In this document: piece after piece, positions 38,401-51,068 of the stretch | Layout: the number at the start of each line of letters is the position of its first letter | Numbering within the stretch: the first letter of the stretch is position 1 | From: Guillardia theta CCMP2712 | Lineage: Eukaryota > Protista > Cryptophyta | Direction of reading: 5' to 3' | Assembly: GCF_000315625.1 (NCBI RefSeq) | Contig: NW_005434620.1 | Coordinates: 360,104 to 424,103 of the forward strand | Length of the DNA: 64,000 nt | Translations under genes and position numbers: made by a program | The notes under the pieces: model-generated | What the model saw: only the letters and a program-made list of their open reading frames with translations | What the model was told of the DNA's origin: nothing | Databases searched by the model: none

Positions 38401-41400
38401 CATCCAGTGTGACGTGGGAAGGAGCCCGAGCGAACCTTACACAATGATCTGTCTCTCGTCAACAGCGGACTGGAGCAGGGAGATGGTCGACTGCTCCTCT
38501 TGTGCTCAGGGCTATTACTCCTCAGGAGCAGGCTGCGTCGCATGCAGCCTTTCCACCTGCCCTCTTGGCACCTATCAGGTCAGTTGCACACCAAACACAC
38601 AGCCATCTTGTGTTGCATGCACAAACAAACCTGCCAACTCCATCTACACCTCCGCGGGGACCCCGTACAACAGAAACAACTGCTCCTGGACATGTGAAGG
38701 GAATTTCTGGAAGTCAGGATCCCATTGCCTTCCTTGCTCTTCCTCCCCCTGCCCCGTTGGGACTTATCGCACCTCCTGCTCTAAAGAACAGGACAGCAAC
38801 TGCACTGCGTGCATCAATGCCTTGCCTGCTAACGCCCGCTACACGACATCAGGCGATAGCAACAACCAGTGCTCTTGGCTGTGCAACGACGGCTACCTGT
38901 TCAACGAGAGCACGGCCGCTTGTCAGGTGCGAGGGACGGCTGGTCTCATCGTTACCCCTGTGGTGATGAAGACTGGGGAGGACCCCAACAGCCCGCCAGC
39001 TGAGTTTGACATTCGCTTGTCATCGCTCCCCATGGGCCCTGTCAACCTGACCCTCAATGCGCTGTCACAGTTCTACCCGATCGAGCCAGTCGGAGTGACC
39101 TTCGACGAGACCAACTGGAGCAAGCCCTACCGCGTCAGGGTCAAGGCTGTTCCCAACGACGTGCCGCAAGGTTTCCACTCGGGGGACGTGCTGGTCAGCA
39201 TCCGGACGACCGACTTTCTCTACAGCCAGCTGGCTGACAAGAGGGTGGAGATTCAGATCGAGGAGGACATGTGCCCTCCTGTCCGCAGCAAGGGCAACCT
39301 CTACGTCGCCTCCTGCAACCGCAGCATCGATGGGATATGCAGCATGCGATGTGGGGAGGGCTACGAGCCGGACCGGACTGTCATGCTGCAGTGCGTGAGG
39401 ACGGTGGAGGGCACGAGCTGGGACAGCACTCCTCCCTCCTGCTCGCAGTGCACCAAAGACTACTTCCTCAACGGCTCGGTCTGCGTGCCGTGCAACCTGG
39501 CTGAATGCCCTGCGGGCTTCTTCCGAGGGCCGTGCATGGCCCCGACAGGAGGCCTGTGCTACCCCTGCTCCTCACTGATCCCGTCAAACGCGGAGTTTGT
39601 GACAGGAGGGTATCCTTCCTACCTCGACAACTGCAAATGGAAATGCAAGAAGGGATACTTCCTTGACACGACCTACGGCCTTGACTGCGTCCCCAACGTG
39701 ACTGTAGGGATCGATATCAATGTCATCGGATCCCAGACGGGGGAGTCGTCCAGCTACGGACCAGCAGTGCTGGAGTTTGTGCTCACCGAAGAGCCAAAGG
39801 ACTTTGTCACCATCTTCTTTCGTTACTCATCCTCCCAGCTCCAGCAGCCGCAGCCAGGCTCTTTGACCTTCCAGAAGTCCAGCTGGAACACAGCTCAGAA
39901 GGTGATTCTGTCAGGCTGTACCTGTTTGGCACCTCACTGACCGTTCCTGACAGATCTCAGTGCTGGCTGTCGACGACGTTGTTTACGAGGGGCTCCACTC
40001 CAGCAGGGTAATCACCGAGGTTTACAGCAGTGACGTCAGGTACAACGGGATGTCAGTCCCGGAGATCTCGATCTCGATCCACGACAACGACTGCCCTCCG
40101 CTGCCCATGTATGCTCCCTGTGCTCTTGCCCCACCTGTCGCTTACTTGTCTCCCTCCCAGATCCGCCAACGTGCAAGTAGTATCGGCGTCCTGCTCTTAC
40201 AGTTGTACCCTCCAGTGCGCTCAAGGCTACTCCCAGTCAGGCCCTGTGACTGTCGCCTGCAACGCTGCCAAGGGTGTCTGGGAGGGTGACCTACCCAACT
40301 GCACTACCTGCAAGGAGGGGTACTACCTCTCCCGGGGCTCCTGTACCCCCTGCTCCACCGACGAGTGCCCCATCGGGCAGTACCGAGGGGCGTGCGGCGG
40401 GACAAGAGACTCCGCTTGCCAGGCCTGCACCTCTGAGATGGGCAACATCAAGTTCGTAGGTAGCGGTATCCCTTACAACAACAACTCTTGCCCGTGGGAG
40501 TGCGTGTACGGCTACAACCTCGTCAACGGTACCTGCACCCAGGTCCCGACCCCCACCAACGTCATCCGAGACCCTACAGACTCTGACAACGACGGGATCC
40601 CGGACAACGTGGAGACGAAGACGAGGGACAGCGACCATGACGGGATCCCAGACTACCTGGATCTTGACTCTGACAACGATGGTATCCCGGATGCTGTGGA
40701 GACTGCGGTCGATACGGATGGAGATGGCTTCCCTGACTATCGAGATGTCGATTCTGACAATGATGGTGAGGGAAGCAGAAGAGCGAGTGAGTGCTGACCT
40801 GGTTCTTCAGGGATCCCCGACGAGGTCGAAGGGCTAGAGGACTCCGACGGGGATGGCCGGCCCAACTATCGGGACATGGACAGTGATGGCGATGGGATCA
40901 GCGGTAAAAGCTCTCTATCATGACCGCTCTTGTTTCCTGAAGTTGCAAACTGCAGATCTCATCGAGGGTGTCGAAGACTCTAACGACAACGGGATCCCCA
41001 ACTACCTCGACCTGGACAGTGACGGTGACGGCATCCCGGACTCACTTGAGGGCCTGTCGGATGTTGACGGCGACGGGATTCCAGCGTTCCTTGACTTGGA
41101 TTCGGACGGAGATGGCATCCTGGATGTCGTAGAGAAGTCCCCAGATGTGCAGGAGATAGACGACTCGACCAACAACAACCCGGTGGACACTGACAACGAC
41201 GGGATTCCCGACTTCTTAGATCGCGATTCTGACAACGATGGAGTGCCTGACGTGCTTGAAGGGTTGGGTGACCCCGACAAGGTAGGAAATGTGGAGAGAA
41301 GACAGTTTGCCGTGGGCGAAGATTGACTGTGGCGGTGGAACAGGACGGGGTTCCGAACTTCAGGGACGATGATTCAGACAACGATGGCATCGGAGATAAG

Positions 41401-44400
41401 GTAGCCCATGGAAGGTTGCCTGCCCCTTTACTGACCTTGGGCGATCGTTGCAGGTTGAAGGGATCATGGACTATGACCACGACGGCGTCCCAGACCGACT
41501 GGATCTGGACACTGACAACGATGGACTTCTGGATCGAGTGGAGGGAGTTCCGGCATGGAGAGATGCGGCGGTCATTCCGGTCCCCAAGGACCAGAAGGAT
41601 TCCGATGGGGATGGAATAGCAGATATCATCGAAGGTGACACTGACGTCGACAACGACGGTATCCCCAACTACTTGGATCTTGACAGGTACCCCCTCTCCC
41701 TCCACCTCTTCCTCTTATTCCTCTTCTTCCCGCTGCAACCCCTTGCTCTTCCCCCTCCGATGATCCAGTTCCCCTCCCATTGTCGACTCGCCCTCCCTCT
41801 CCTCTCGCCTCTAGTTGATCGCATCCCTATTCTGACGCTCCTCTCTTTAGCGATGGCGATGGGATTCCCGACAAGAACGAGACAGCGGCAGACGGACCGG
41901 ACAAGGACGGCATCCCCAACTTCCTTGACCTTGACAGCGATGGAGATGGGATCACCGACTATGTGGAGGGAGCAGGAGACCAGGACGGCGACGGGATCCC
42001 CAACTACCTTGACATCGACTCCGATGGCGACGGCATTCTTGACTCGCACGAGTGTCAGTGTACGATAGTGAAGGGGCTCAACTACTCCAGGAACCCACAG
42101 GACTACGATGCTGACGGCGTTCCCAACTACCTGGACTTGGACTCAGGTGAGGGCTGCTTGGGTGGCTGGCAGGGGATTGATGACGTGGCAGACAACGACG
42201 GGATCCTGGACGAGGTGGAGGGAGAAGCTGATAGCAACGGCAATGGGCAGCCGGACTACCTGGACCCTGTGACTTCGATCAAGGGACGAGCTGCAAGTAT
42301 GGACGCCGACGGCGATGGCATCCCGGACGCCGTGGAAGGGACGGATGACTTTGATAAAGGTGAGTTGGAGGGGAAAGAGCGGGCAGGGGAGAGAGGAAGA
42401 GGAAGCGGAGGGGAGGGGGATGAGTGTGGGGGCGACTTGATGGGGCAAGTTTGTGTGTCAGATTCTGACGCTGCCAATCTAGACGGAATACCCAACTATC
42501 TCGACCTGGACAGCGATGGCGATGGGATATCAGACATGCAGGAGGGCACAGGAGACTTGGATGCGGACGGTACGCTTGCTCGTTGCCTGCTAGTGAGGAA
42601 GTCTTTTCTGATCCTGGCAACAGGTCTGCCGGACTTCCTGGACCCAGTCTTCAATCAGCAGCAGCCCCTAATCTGCAGAAGCCCTGGTTGCCGAAAACTG
42701 GGAGTGAATTTCGATCTCGTGGATCAGCAAACGCAAAAGATGTCGAGCTTGGAATACGTGGCAGCGGTGCTGGTGCTGGTGCTTGTCCCTCTAATCGTGT
42801 GCTACTGCCAGTGTTTCGTGGTGGCCTGTTCGAAGAGTGCGAAGCAGATCTGCGTGCACTGCTGTGAGAACATCTCGGTGTGCCATGGCAAGGTTGTCAG
42901 GCTGAGATTCGATCCGATATGCTATCATCTGTGGGGAGATCAGAGTGAACTGATTGAAGATCTGCGGCAAGAGATCTGCGAGTCGATGAACCTGGCCAAG
43001 ACGCAGGTGACGATCAGACCCGAAGCCTTCAACAGGGACGCTGTCTCTCTCACTGTGAAGCTGCTGTGTTGGAAACAGGCTGACCGGCTCTTCAAGAGGA
43101 GGACAGGGTTCATTCTCAAGGAAGAGAACAAGGAGGATCCGGATGGTGACGATGACTGGAGAAGGACGAAGACGGGGCAGATCTCGACCGTTATGCATCA
43201 GGAGTTGTCGAATGAGAAAAGTCCCTTGAGGACCGGCAAATGTTCCGCTCACATCCAGGAGATAGGGGTGCTGGAGTTTGACGACCCTCAGTTGCTCTGC
43301 GGCTCCTGTGACAGGGACCGGCGGAGTTGTCGTTGCAAGTGCGAGGTCTGTGGAGACAAGAAGTCAGGCTGTGCGGTCGATTGTGTGAACTACTGCCATG
43401 TTTGCAATGAGCCCATGAGCATGTGTACCTCTGGAAAGATCCTTGTATCGTTCAAGGACAAGCAATTCACTGACAAGACAGGCAACCTGAAAGACTTGCG
43501 AGATGTAGTCTGCAACAGATTGAAGCTGCACCCTCTGCAGGTCTTGTTCTCTTCACCCTCAGTCACGGACGGTGGGGAGCTGGTCATGCAGATGAAGAGC
43601 ATGCGATCGATGACGCGCATCCTCGAGAGCCTCAAACTGAGGATTGACCTCGGGAACTGCAACGTCTGCGACTCGCGCAGCGACAAGGTGCTGGTTCAGG
43701 ATTTCATGGACCTCTACCACAAGAGCGAGAGCGCAGCCGATGGGTCCATATTAGAAGGGATCGAGTCAGCTCGCAGTTTGGACGACATGGTTGACTTGAC
43801 AACCTCGGCGAGGAAAGGTTATAATATGCTCTCTCAGTCTTGCTTCGTCGACTGCGACCTTCAGTACAAGGACCACAACTACTTCTCTACCCTTGACAAG
43901 AACCTTTCTGTAGCCTACGTGTTCGATACTGCCGAGATCTTTTCAAGCAACGCCTCTGCCAAGTCTCGCCTTGAACCTACCGCCAAGGAAGATGATCTGC
44001 CGTCCTTCATTCTCAAGGATGGGCAGGAGAACAACCTTGCTCTTCGCAGATCGATGGACGCCCCACAAAACGGATCGACCAAACGCAGTTTGGCAGAGGC
44101 CACGGCTGCTTCGCCTGAGGAAATGATAATATCCTCACTTCCTGGCCAGATAGAAGGAGAGCTTGCGGGTGGTGCAATGGATCAGACATCCCACTCTCCC
44201 AACGAGACTTTCGGAGAGGATCCCCACGGGGAGATCGCAGCTCCGTTGCCAAGGATCATTCCCTTTCACCTCCCCAACCCCAGGGCTCTGCCATCCTCCA
44301 CTCCCAGTCCCAGGATGCAAAGAGCTCTGCCGTCGCCCAGGCAGATTCTGCAGCCTGGCGACAAGCTGCTGTCACAAGGCTGGTCCAGCTTCTCCAGTGA

Positions 44401-45988
44401 GACGGGCTCCAATGAAAGCCGGAGCCTGGGGACTGCTCAGAGCGACTTGGAGAAGCAGAGATCAGACGGGGAGGAAGGAGCGGGTCTGCGAGGTCTGATG
44501 GCGGATCTCGGAGGGGGCCCGAACGGGCTGGATCAAGGAGCCGGAGGAAGAGGAGGAGCAGAGGGCCTGCGGGGCTTGGCAGCAGGCACCGGAGGAGATC
44601 AGAACGGGTCTGGTGACGAAAGGGGAATGGAGGAGGCAACGGCGGCAGCGGCGGCGGCGGCGGCGGCGGCGGCAGCAGCAGCAAGGAAGGCAGGGAAAGG
44701 AGGAGCAGGAGGCGGACAGGAAGGAGGAGGCATGCGGGGCTTGGGGGCAGGGACCGGAGGAGATCAGAACGGGCTGGATCAAGGAGCCGGAGGAAGAGGA
44801 GGAGCAGGAGGAGCAGAAGGCATGCGGGGCTTGGCAGCAGGCACCGGAGGAGATCAGAACGGGTCTGGTGACGAAAGGGGAATGGAGGAGGCAACGGCGG
44901 CAGCGGCGGCGGCGGCGGCGGCGGCAGCAGCAGCAGCAGCAGCAAGGAAGGCAGGGAAAGGAGGAGCAGGAGGCGGACAGGAAGGAGGAGGCATGCGGGG
45001 CTTGGGGGCAGGGACCGGGGAGGATCAGAGCAGGTCGCAGTCAGGTCAAGAAAGTGGAGCCGGAGCGAGAGCAGGAGCAAGTGCCGGAGAAGGGAAGAGG
45101 AGGGTGGAGACAGCATTTGGCTCGGAGGTAGTGAGCGACAGGTCGTCTGGAGGGGTGCGGATCGTCGAGCTCAACCCTCACACTCATCCTGCTCTGGATC
45201 AAGACGGAGAGAAGAGGTCAAGGGGGTTCAAGCTTGGAGCGTCGGGGCTGGAGAACGTTAGCTCTCCCGTCCCCGAGGCCACAAGGCTGATACCCTCCCC
45301 TCTCCCGCGTCCCTTCCCGCTCGATAGCCCGATCGTCACGCTTGCTACCAACGGGATGCTGACTTCCTCCTCGTCAACCTCCAGCCGGGGACATGAGATC
45401 GGAGTTGCCAGGGTGTTACAGACGACGGTAGCCCTGGAGTCCTCCCAGCTGCTCTTGGCTGCCACGAGCGTCGAGTCTCAGGGGACCGTCCAGTCAGCGT
45501 CTGAGAGACATAGAGGGAGCAACGTGAGCCAGGAATCCTTCGGCAGCGCCGACATCAACGAAAACTTGTCAAGCTCGATGGAGATCTCGAAGCCGACGAT
45601 GAAGAACCTTGAGATCGCAATGAAACGTCAGAAGTTGGCAAAGACCGTGCTGGTATCGAACAAGCAGAACATCAACTTGCAGACTGCCGGGCACGTGGGG
45701 GTTCAGATCACCAGGGACCCACCCTATGAGGTGCTTCAGGTGGACGACCTGGTGGACAAGAACTTCTTGAAGCAGAAGGAGGTCGGGTACTCGAACAAGC
45801 AGGTGCTGCCAGGAGACTTCCTCCTCGCCATCGACGGGGTGTCCGTGACGCACAAGAGGATCGACGAAGTACATGCGATGCTCATGGGGATGATTTACAC
45901 TCAAGTCGAGCTGAAGTTCCAGAGGCCCAAGACAGGGCAGACGTTCCCGGTGACTGCGCTAAGGCATCGCATCCATGAGTTCGGATGA
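29458..45988 (+). CDS. Giant type-I membrane protein: signal peptide, Cys-rich modules, DxDxDG Ca-binding (TSP3-like) repeats, LCCL, 6x[Calx-beta-like + Sushi + TNFR-like Cys repeats], second DxDxDG array, TM, Cys-rich cytoplasmic region, PDZ
   Basis: Continuous plus-strand exon chain including ORFs 34202-39940 and 41963-45988. LCCL-like VLCPATC..AVYG...[12 protein letters not shown] (~34320-34500); FTxxNW motifs; Sushi C..C..GY.....C.....W....P.C; [20 protein letters not shown] (~42755-42810); [11 protein letters not shown]...[15 protein letters not shown]...LMG...TQVELKFQR (~45690-45930). That this is one gene is inferred. Confidence 0.8.
44500..45025 (+). repeat. Internal tandem duplication (~250 bp) with poly-Ala (GCG/GCA) tracts in the cytoplasmic region of the giant gene
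   Basis: [12 protein letters not shown]...[23 protein letters not shown](A)[26 protein letters not shown] occurs twice. Confidence 0.85.
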
Positions 45989-46434
45989 TGTGAAAGGGAG
46001 CCAGCGGGGGAGGACAGGAGGAGTTTTGCTGGGATTTTGTGATTCGTGTCAGTAATGGTCTGAAGTGATGTGGAGCGTTGAAAGTGTGTTCTGGACATGT
46101 TTTTGAAGTTCAAATAAACTTAATTTGTGTGTGATACATGTAGCAACCCTAGGCACACCGCTCCTCCTCGTCTTCTCAGCGCTTGCCTTCTCCCTTGCCC
46201 CGCCCCCTCCCGTGTCCTCTCCCTCCCTCCTCTCCTCTCCTCAGCTCCCCTTTTCCATTCTCCATCCCTCCCTCCTACCCTCGTCTTCTTCCTGCTGCTA
46301 TCCTGCTCACTGTCTCTCCATCCCTCGCACTGCCATCCTTGCCCCATCCTCCCCTCACTTCTTCCTAGCCGCTGTTGACGCATATCCCGCCCCCCCTGTA
46401 CTTCGCTTCTGATAGACTGCTGTCGCTGGTCGTG

Positions 46435-49400
46435 TCAGTTGCCTGCAGTCAAGGCCGTCAGCCTCCTCGCCTCGTATCCTCCTGATCGACCTGTTCGATC
46501 GCGGTGGAGCCGTCGATGACGTCGGCCGAGATCGGAAGGGAGAAGCTTGTTTGGCAGCCTGCGGCTTAAAGACAGTGAGGAGAAAGGAGGGCAGAGGGGT
46601 GCAGGGAGGGAGGAGCAGGAGCAGGAGCGCAGGGGATTTCTAGTGATTTTAGGGAAGGGGAGGAAGGTAGAGGAAGTTTTACAGCATTCCCGGACGAAGA
46701 AGCAGCTTGACTGATAACTGTGCGCGCTTGAGAAGCAGGAGCGTCGTCGGAGAGAAGAGAGATTGCTGCATGAGTAGCTTGCGATCAGCATAGCTAATGA
46801 CGCACAGGAAGAATGTTCTGGCAGTGAAGCGATCGCCCTCTCGTTCTTACTCCTCCCTCCCTCCCTCCCTCCCTCCCTCCATCCATCCATCCATCCATCC
46901 ATCCATCCACTCCATCCATCCATCCATCCCTCACCTGCTAACCGTCGGGCGTCTTCCTCGCGCCACATCTCCTGCTTCCACTGGTTCTGGTCTGCTGAAC
47001 CAGCTGGCCTGCTACCCGACATGTTCCTGCCCTCGCTTCTCTTCGTCACCTTCCGCTTCCTCTGTATCCCCTGGTGCGCGTTGTTGACTCGCATACGCTG
47101 CACGCGTTGACGAGCGATGTCCCTCTCCCCGTCGGAAGCAGAGTCTTCGTACTCTGACAGCAAGTCAGCCACGTGGGATGGCTAGATCGCAGGTGCCTGA
47201 AAGCGCTTCGTCCTCCTGGATATCTTCCTCCCCGCCATCCTTGAATGCTGTCAGGGCCCATCGCACAGAGCACAGCAGGGGCAGCAGTAAACCTCGTCAT
47301 CGCTGGAGAAGACCAAGTTCTCCTTGTTTGCATCCTCAAACGGAACGCAAACGAGTGCCTTGTAACAGACAGTCAGACCCCGGGCAACCGTGAAAGCTGC
47401 TTCACGTGTCGCTTCATCAGCTGCGTCAGCGTACTCGCATCCTCGGCATTCTCCTCGTCGATCACGTGAGACTTGGCGCAGCATCCCCTGCCATGCTACC
47501 TCACTGCTACCTCCCTCCTCCCTCCTCCCTCCTCCCTCCTCCCTCCTCGCTGTGACAACCCGACGCCCTACCTCCTCGTCTTGGTGAAGTTGGAGGTGTC
47601 AAACCGTATCGCCGGGGTGTTGCAGCAGGGGTACATCCCCATGTTCTGCCCGGGACGGAACAGCGGCTGTTGAGGGCAGAAAGCTGATTGCAAGTCACCA
47701 GGATGGAAAGGCTGCGCAAGATGAGCTACCGCAATGCTCCAGCTCAGATGCCGTGAAGTAGTTGCCACAAACTTTGCAGCGCATCGTTGCAATCATACCC
47801 CAAATCTTCAACCTCACAGTCAGGGTTTCAGAACAAGGCTCCAAATCGCAGCCACCTTCCAATAAATTTCCCTCCAGCTCAACTTCCTTGCCCTCAGCGA
47901 CAGCAAGTACTTGTTGACATCCCTGCTCAGTTCAAGTCACCCAGGCACCCGCCACTTGCTGTCCTCACCAGTTAGGAACCGGGGCGTGTTCGGCAATCAC
48001 GCTGCCGTTGAAGTCTATGAAGATCTTGGCCTTGGAGCAGGCCATCTTGCTCCTGTTCTTGAGTGCAAACAACTTGCCGCAAAACGCGCATCGGCTTATC
48101 ATGTTGTCATCCTGAATGTTTCATCAGACCTTGTCAAGAGCTTCCATCCCAAGTGAGCACTCACAGATTGAAACAGCGCTTCTATCTTCTTCATGTACAG
48201 TCTACTCAACAACTTGTCCCTCCTGTCATTCAGGTCTTCCAGTTCCTCGGGCGTGAGATAGGCGCTGAGCTGCGAGGCAGATCAGACCCTCGCATCCTAG
48301 TCGAGAGGGAGCGATATACCTTGGTCAGGAGCTCCTGATTCAGACAATTGAGGTCGATCGGCATTTTCAAGATCTCATTTGCGTTTCGGCATACGAATTG
48401 CAAGCACAGCTCAACCTGTTCGAGTTGAGATCAGCAGCAGGTCAGGTATCATCAGTCAAAGAATCACCAATTTCTGCATTTTCAAGAATTGAGAAGAGAT
48501 CAGAATGCTGATGACGTTTGTCGCTGCCGAGCCGTCAGGAATCATATCATGGCAAAGGGAGGTCATACTGTCGAGAGGTGGAGGAGAGTTGGGCTCGTTC
48601 AGGTACTTAATGAGCCACTGAACAGGAGGACGTCAGTCAGAAAGCATCTAAATGCGCAATGAAGAAAAGATGGAAGAGGTCAAAAGAAACAGGGAATCCT
48701 TGGTGTAACATGAGAAAACAATTAACAAACTTTTGACCTGAAAGATTTGAATGTCACAGTGAACAGAAATGTCGATGTCGTCACTCGCTTCACTTCCATT
48801 CAGGTATGATCTGTGGAGATTCGTTCTTGTTAATTGTATGGCGATAGCCTATCATTGCGACTCTTACTGGAAGTATGCCATCTCTGACAACAGAACATCC
48901 TTTCTGCAAGTGAAGTCTTTGTTTATACCCCTGACAACACATCAGGATAGTGAGATCCACATCCATTACGTCATAGTATCATCGTTGAGCATTTCACCTG
49001 TTCTCATCGCACACGTGTATAACAATCAGTTCTTCACACTCAGCACCTGGGAAGGCATGTCACTCAACTTCCCGCCTGTCTCAGCCGGACACAAAGCGTA
49101 CCCCGCACGTTCTTGTTCGCTGCATTGCCAGCAGTCCCTTGACCCTGCGAGCTGCTCTGATCTTGATTCTTGTCCGCTTCACGTGAAGCTGACGAGGACT
49201 GGCGACATCTTTGCGTCATGTGACATCGGCAAGCTAAAATTCTCACCTTTCCCTTGTCCTGAACCTTGGAAAACGCCAGCACCGGGGCATGACTCGAGGC
49301 AAGGGTCGCCCCTCTGAGCTAGAGGGATGTCAGCCTTCCCAACGGCTCGTAACGGAACCATCACTGACCTGGCCCACTGCACTCTGTCTCGTCGCAGAAA

Positions 49401-50301
49401 TCCTCACAGCAGATGCCGAGGCTGGTCTGCGATTGACTGTCCCTCCGGCGATCGTAGTTCCAGTCGCTGAAGGGAGGGGAGGGGCGTTGTTTGCCTTCTC
49501 GCTGCGGTTGAAGGTCCTCCCTCCGTATCCTCCCCTAGAGCAGCTGTGAGAATCCTGGCAAACGATCCAACAAGTTCTCAAGCTCGCCTTCCTCCGAGCA
49601 TGGAGATGGTGAGCTTCGCACCGGTGAGCCCATCGCCTGTAAAGAGCGAGGCATCAGTTAGCCATGCTAAGGATGATGATGAGGATGATGATGATTCTGG
49701 CATTGATACCTTGAACCTGCCCTTTATAACCTCCATACAGCTTGTACCTGACACGATCTCAGATTCGTCTCACATTCACAGCGCAAGCATCTCACTCCAG
49801 TCCTGGCCGATCTTTGATCTCGAACCATCGCTGTTGAAGTATCTTTGCAGAATACCCGGGAAAGGTTGTTCTTGCAAGCTCCTCCCACCTGAGATACAGT
49901 CAGACGCACTGGAAATTCATCTCGATCACTTTGCCATTTTGACTTCTTCAGGTGGATAGAGGCTCCTCGTTCACAGGCTGATCGCAACTCCTCATCTTGT
50001 TCAAGCGACCAAGCTTCCATCGTTCAGCTCTGCTGTTCGGCTGCCTCAGCGCATCTACAACACCAATCAGCACAAGGAAACTCTAGAGCACACCTATGTC
50101 TCAGTGATCTCGTCGTAGATGCTGTGCTCCTTGCAGCTTTTCCCTCCTGCCCATCCTTCCTGCCTGCTTCGTCCTTCCCTTCACCATCACGCTCTCTTTC
50201 CTTCCTATTTCCTTCTGTCCCTGACCCCCTGAAATCTGACCCCTCACTCCTCTAATGCCTCCTTCTGGGGAGAGGAGGATGGTGGAAAGGGTTGACGCCA
50301 T
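46435..50301 (-). CDS. SANBR: SANBR/KIAA1841 (DUF3342; SANT and BTB domain) homolog, multi-exon
   Basis: Minus-strand exons give IVIHVCDEN, DFTCRKDVLLSEMAYF, DIDISVHCDIQIF, NVISILISSQFLKM, LCLQFV...EILKMPIDLNCLN, KIWG...CKVC, YPCCNTPAIRFD and REEDARRL, all matching KIAA1841 motifs in order. Ends approximate. Confidence 0.82.
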
Positions 50302-51068
50302 AGCGACGTACGATGGGTCGGAACGAAGTAAGTCATGGCAGGAGGACTAGGGGAATGGAGGAGCAGAAGTGTGCGAGCACCTGCCAATTCCTCCCTCGTT
50401 CTGTTCTTGATCATCGGGGGTTCAACACCTCATGCTCCCGCTTCCTCCCCTCTACCGTGCAAGTATTCCTTTGACCTGACCTCTCCTTCCCAGATTACGT
50501 TCCTGCCATCCTTTGTTCCATATTCCATCCATTCACCTCTCTCCACCTCCTCTTCCTTGCCTCTGTATCGTTTCTCTCCCCCATCGCTCTCTCCCTCCAT
50601 CTGTCTGTCTTTCCGTCCGTCTGGCCGTCTGTTCCTTCCTATGGCGTGTGTTCCCCCGCCATGTCGCTATGGATTCAGTTTGGAAAACAAGTAGGAATTT
50701 AGTTAAATCAGGGGAATGTTTCTAAATTAAGTCGATTTCTTCATGTTTTAGGTACTTTCATGTTACTATTCACTTATTTCTGCAGATTTTTAGCATATTT
50801 TATTCATATTTAGCTCAACTCTTCCCTATTTTAGAAACTATTTGGTTACACTCAAAAAAAAAGATTTCATGAGTCGAGAAGTTTGCCGGAGAAAATGGCG
50901 GGCCGCGCGGGCGGATATGGAGGAGAGCGGGTGAATGGTGAGATGGCGAAAGATCAGGATACGGACTTGACGATGGTAGATGATGCTGGAGAGGCTGAGA
51001 GGTGGAGAGCTGAATGGCTGTATGAGATGACGAAGGTGGCTGGGGAATAGATTTGCGCACAAGGAACA

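Noticed and set aside
31760-42650. Thrombospondin/COMP ortholog
   Set aside because: Only DxDxDG-type repeats are shared; there is no TSP C-terminal domain, and this protein has a TM and PDZ.
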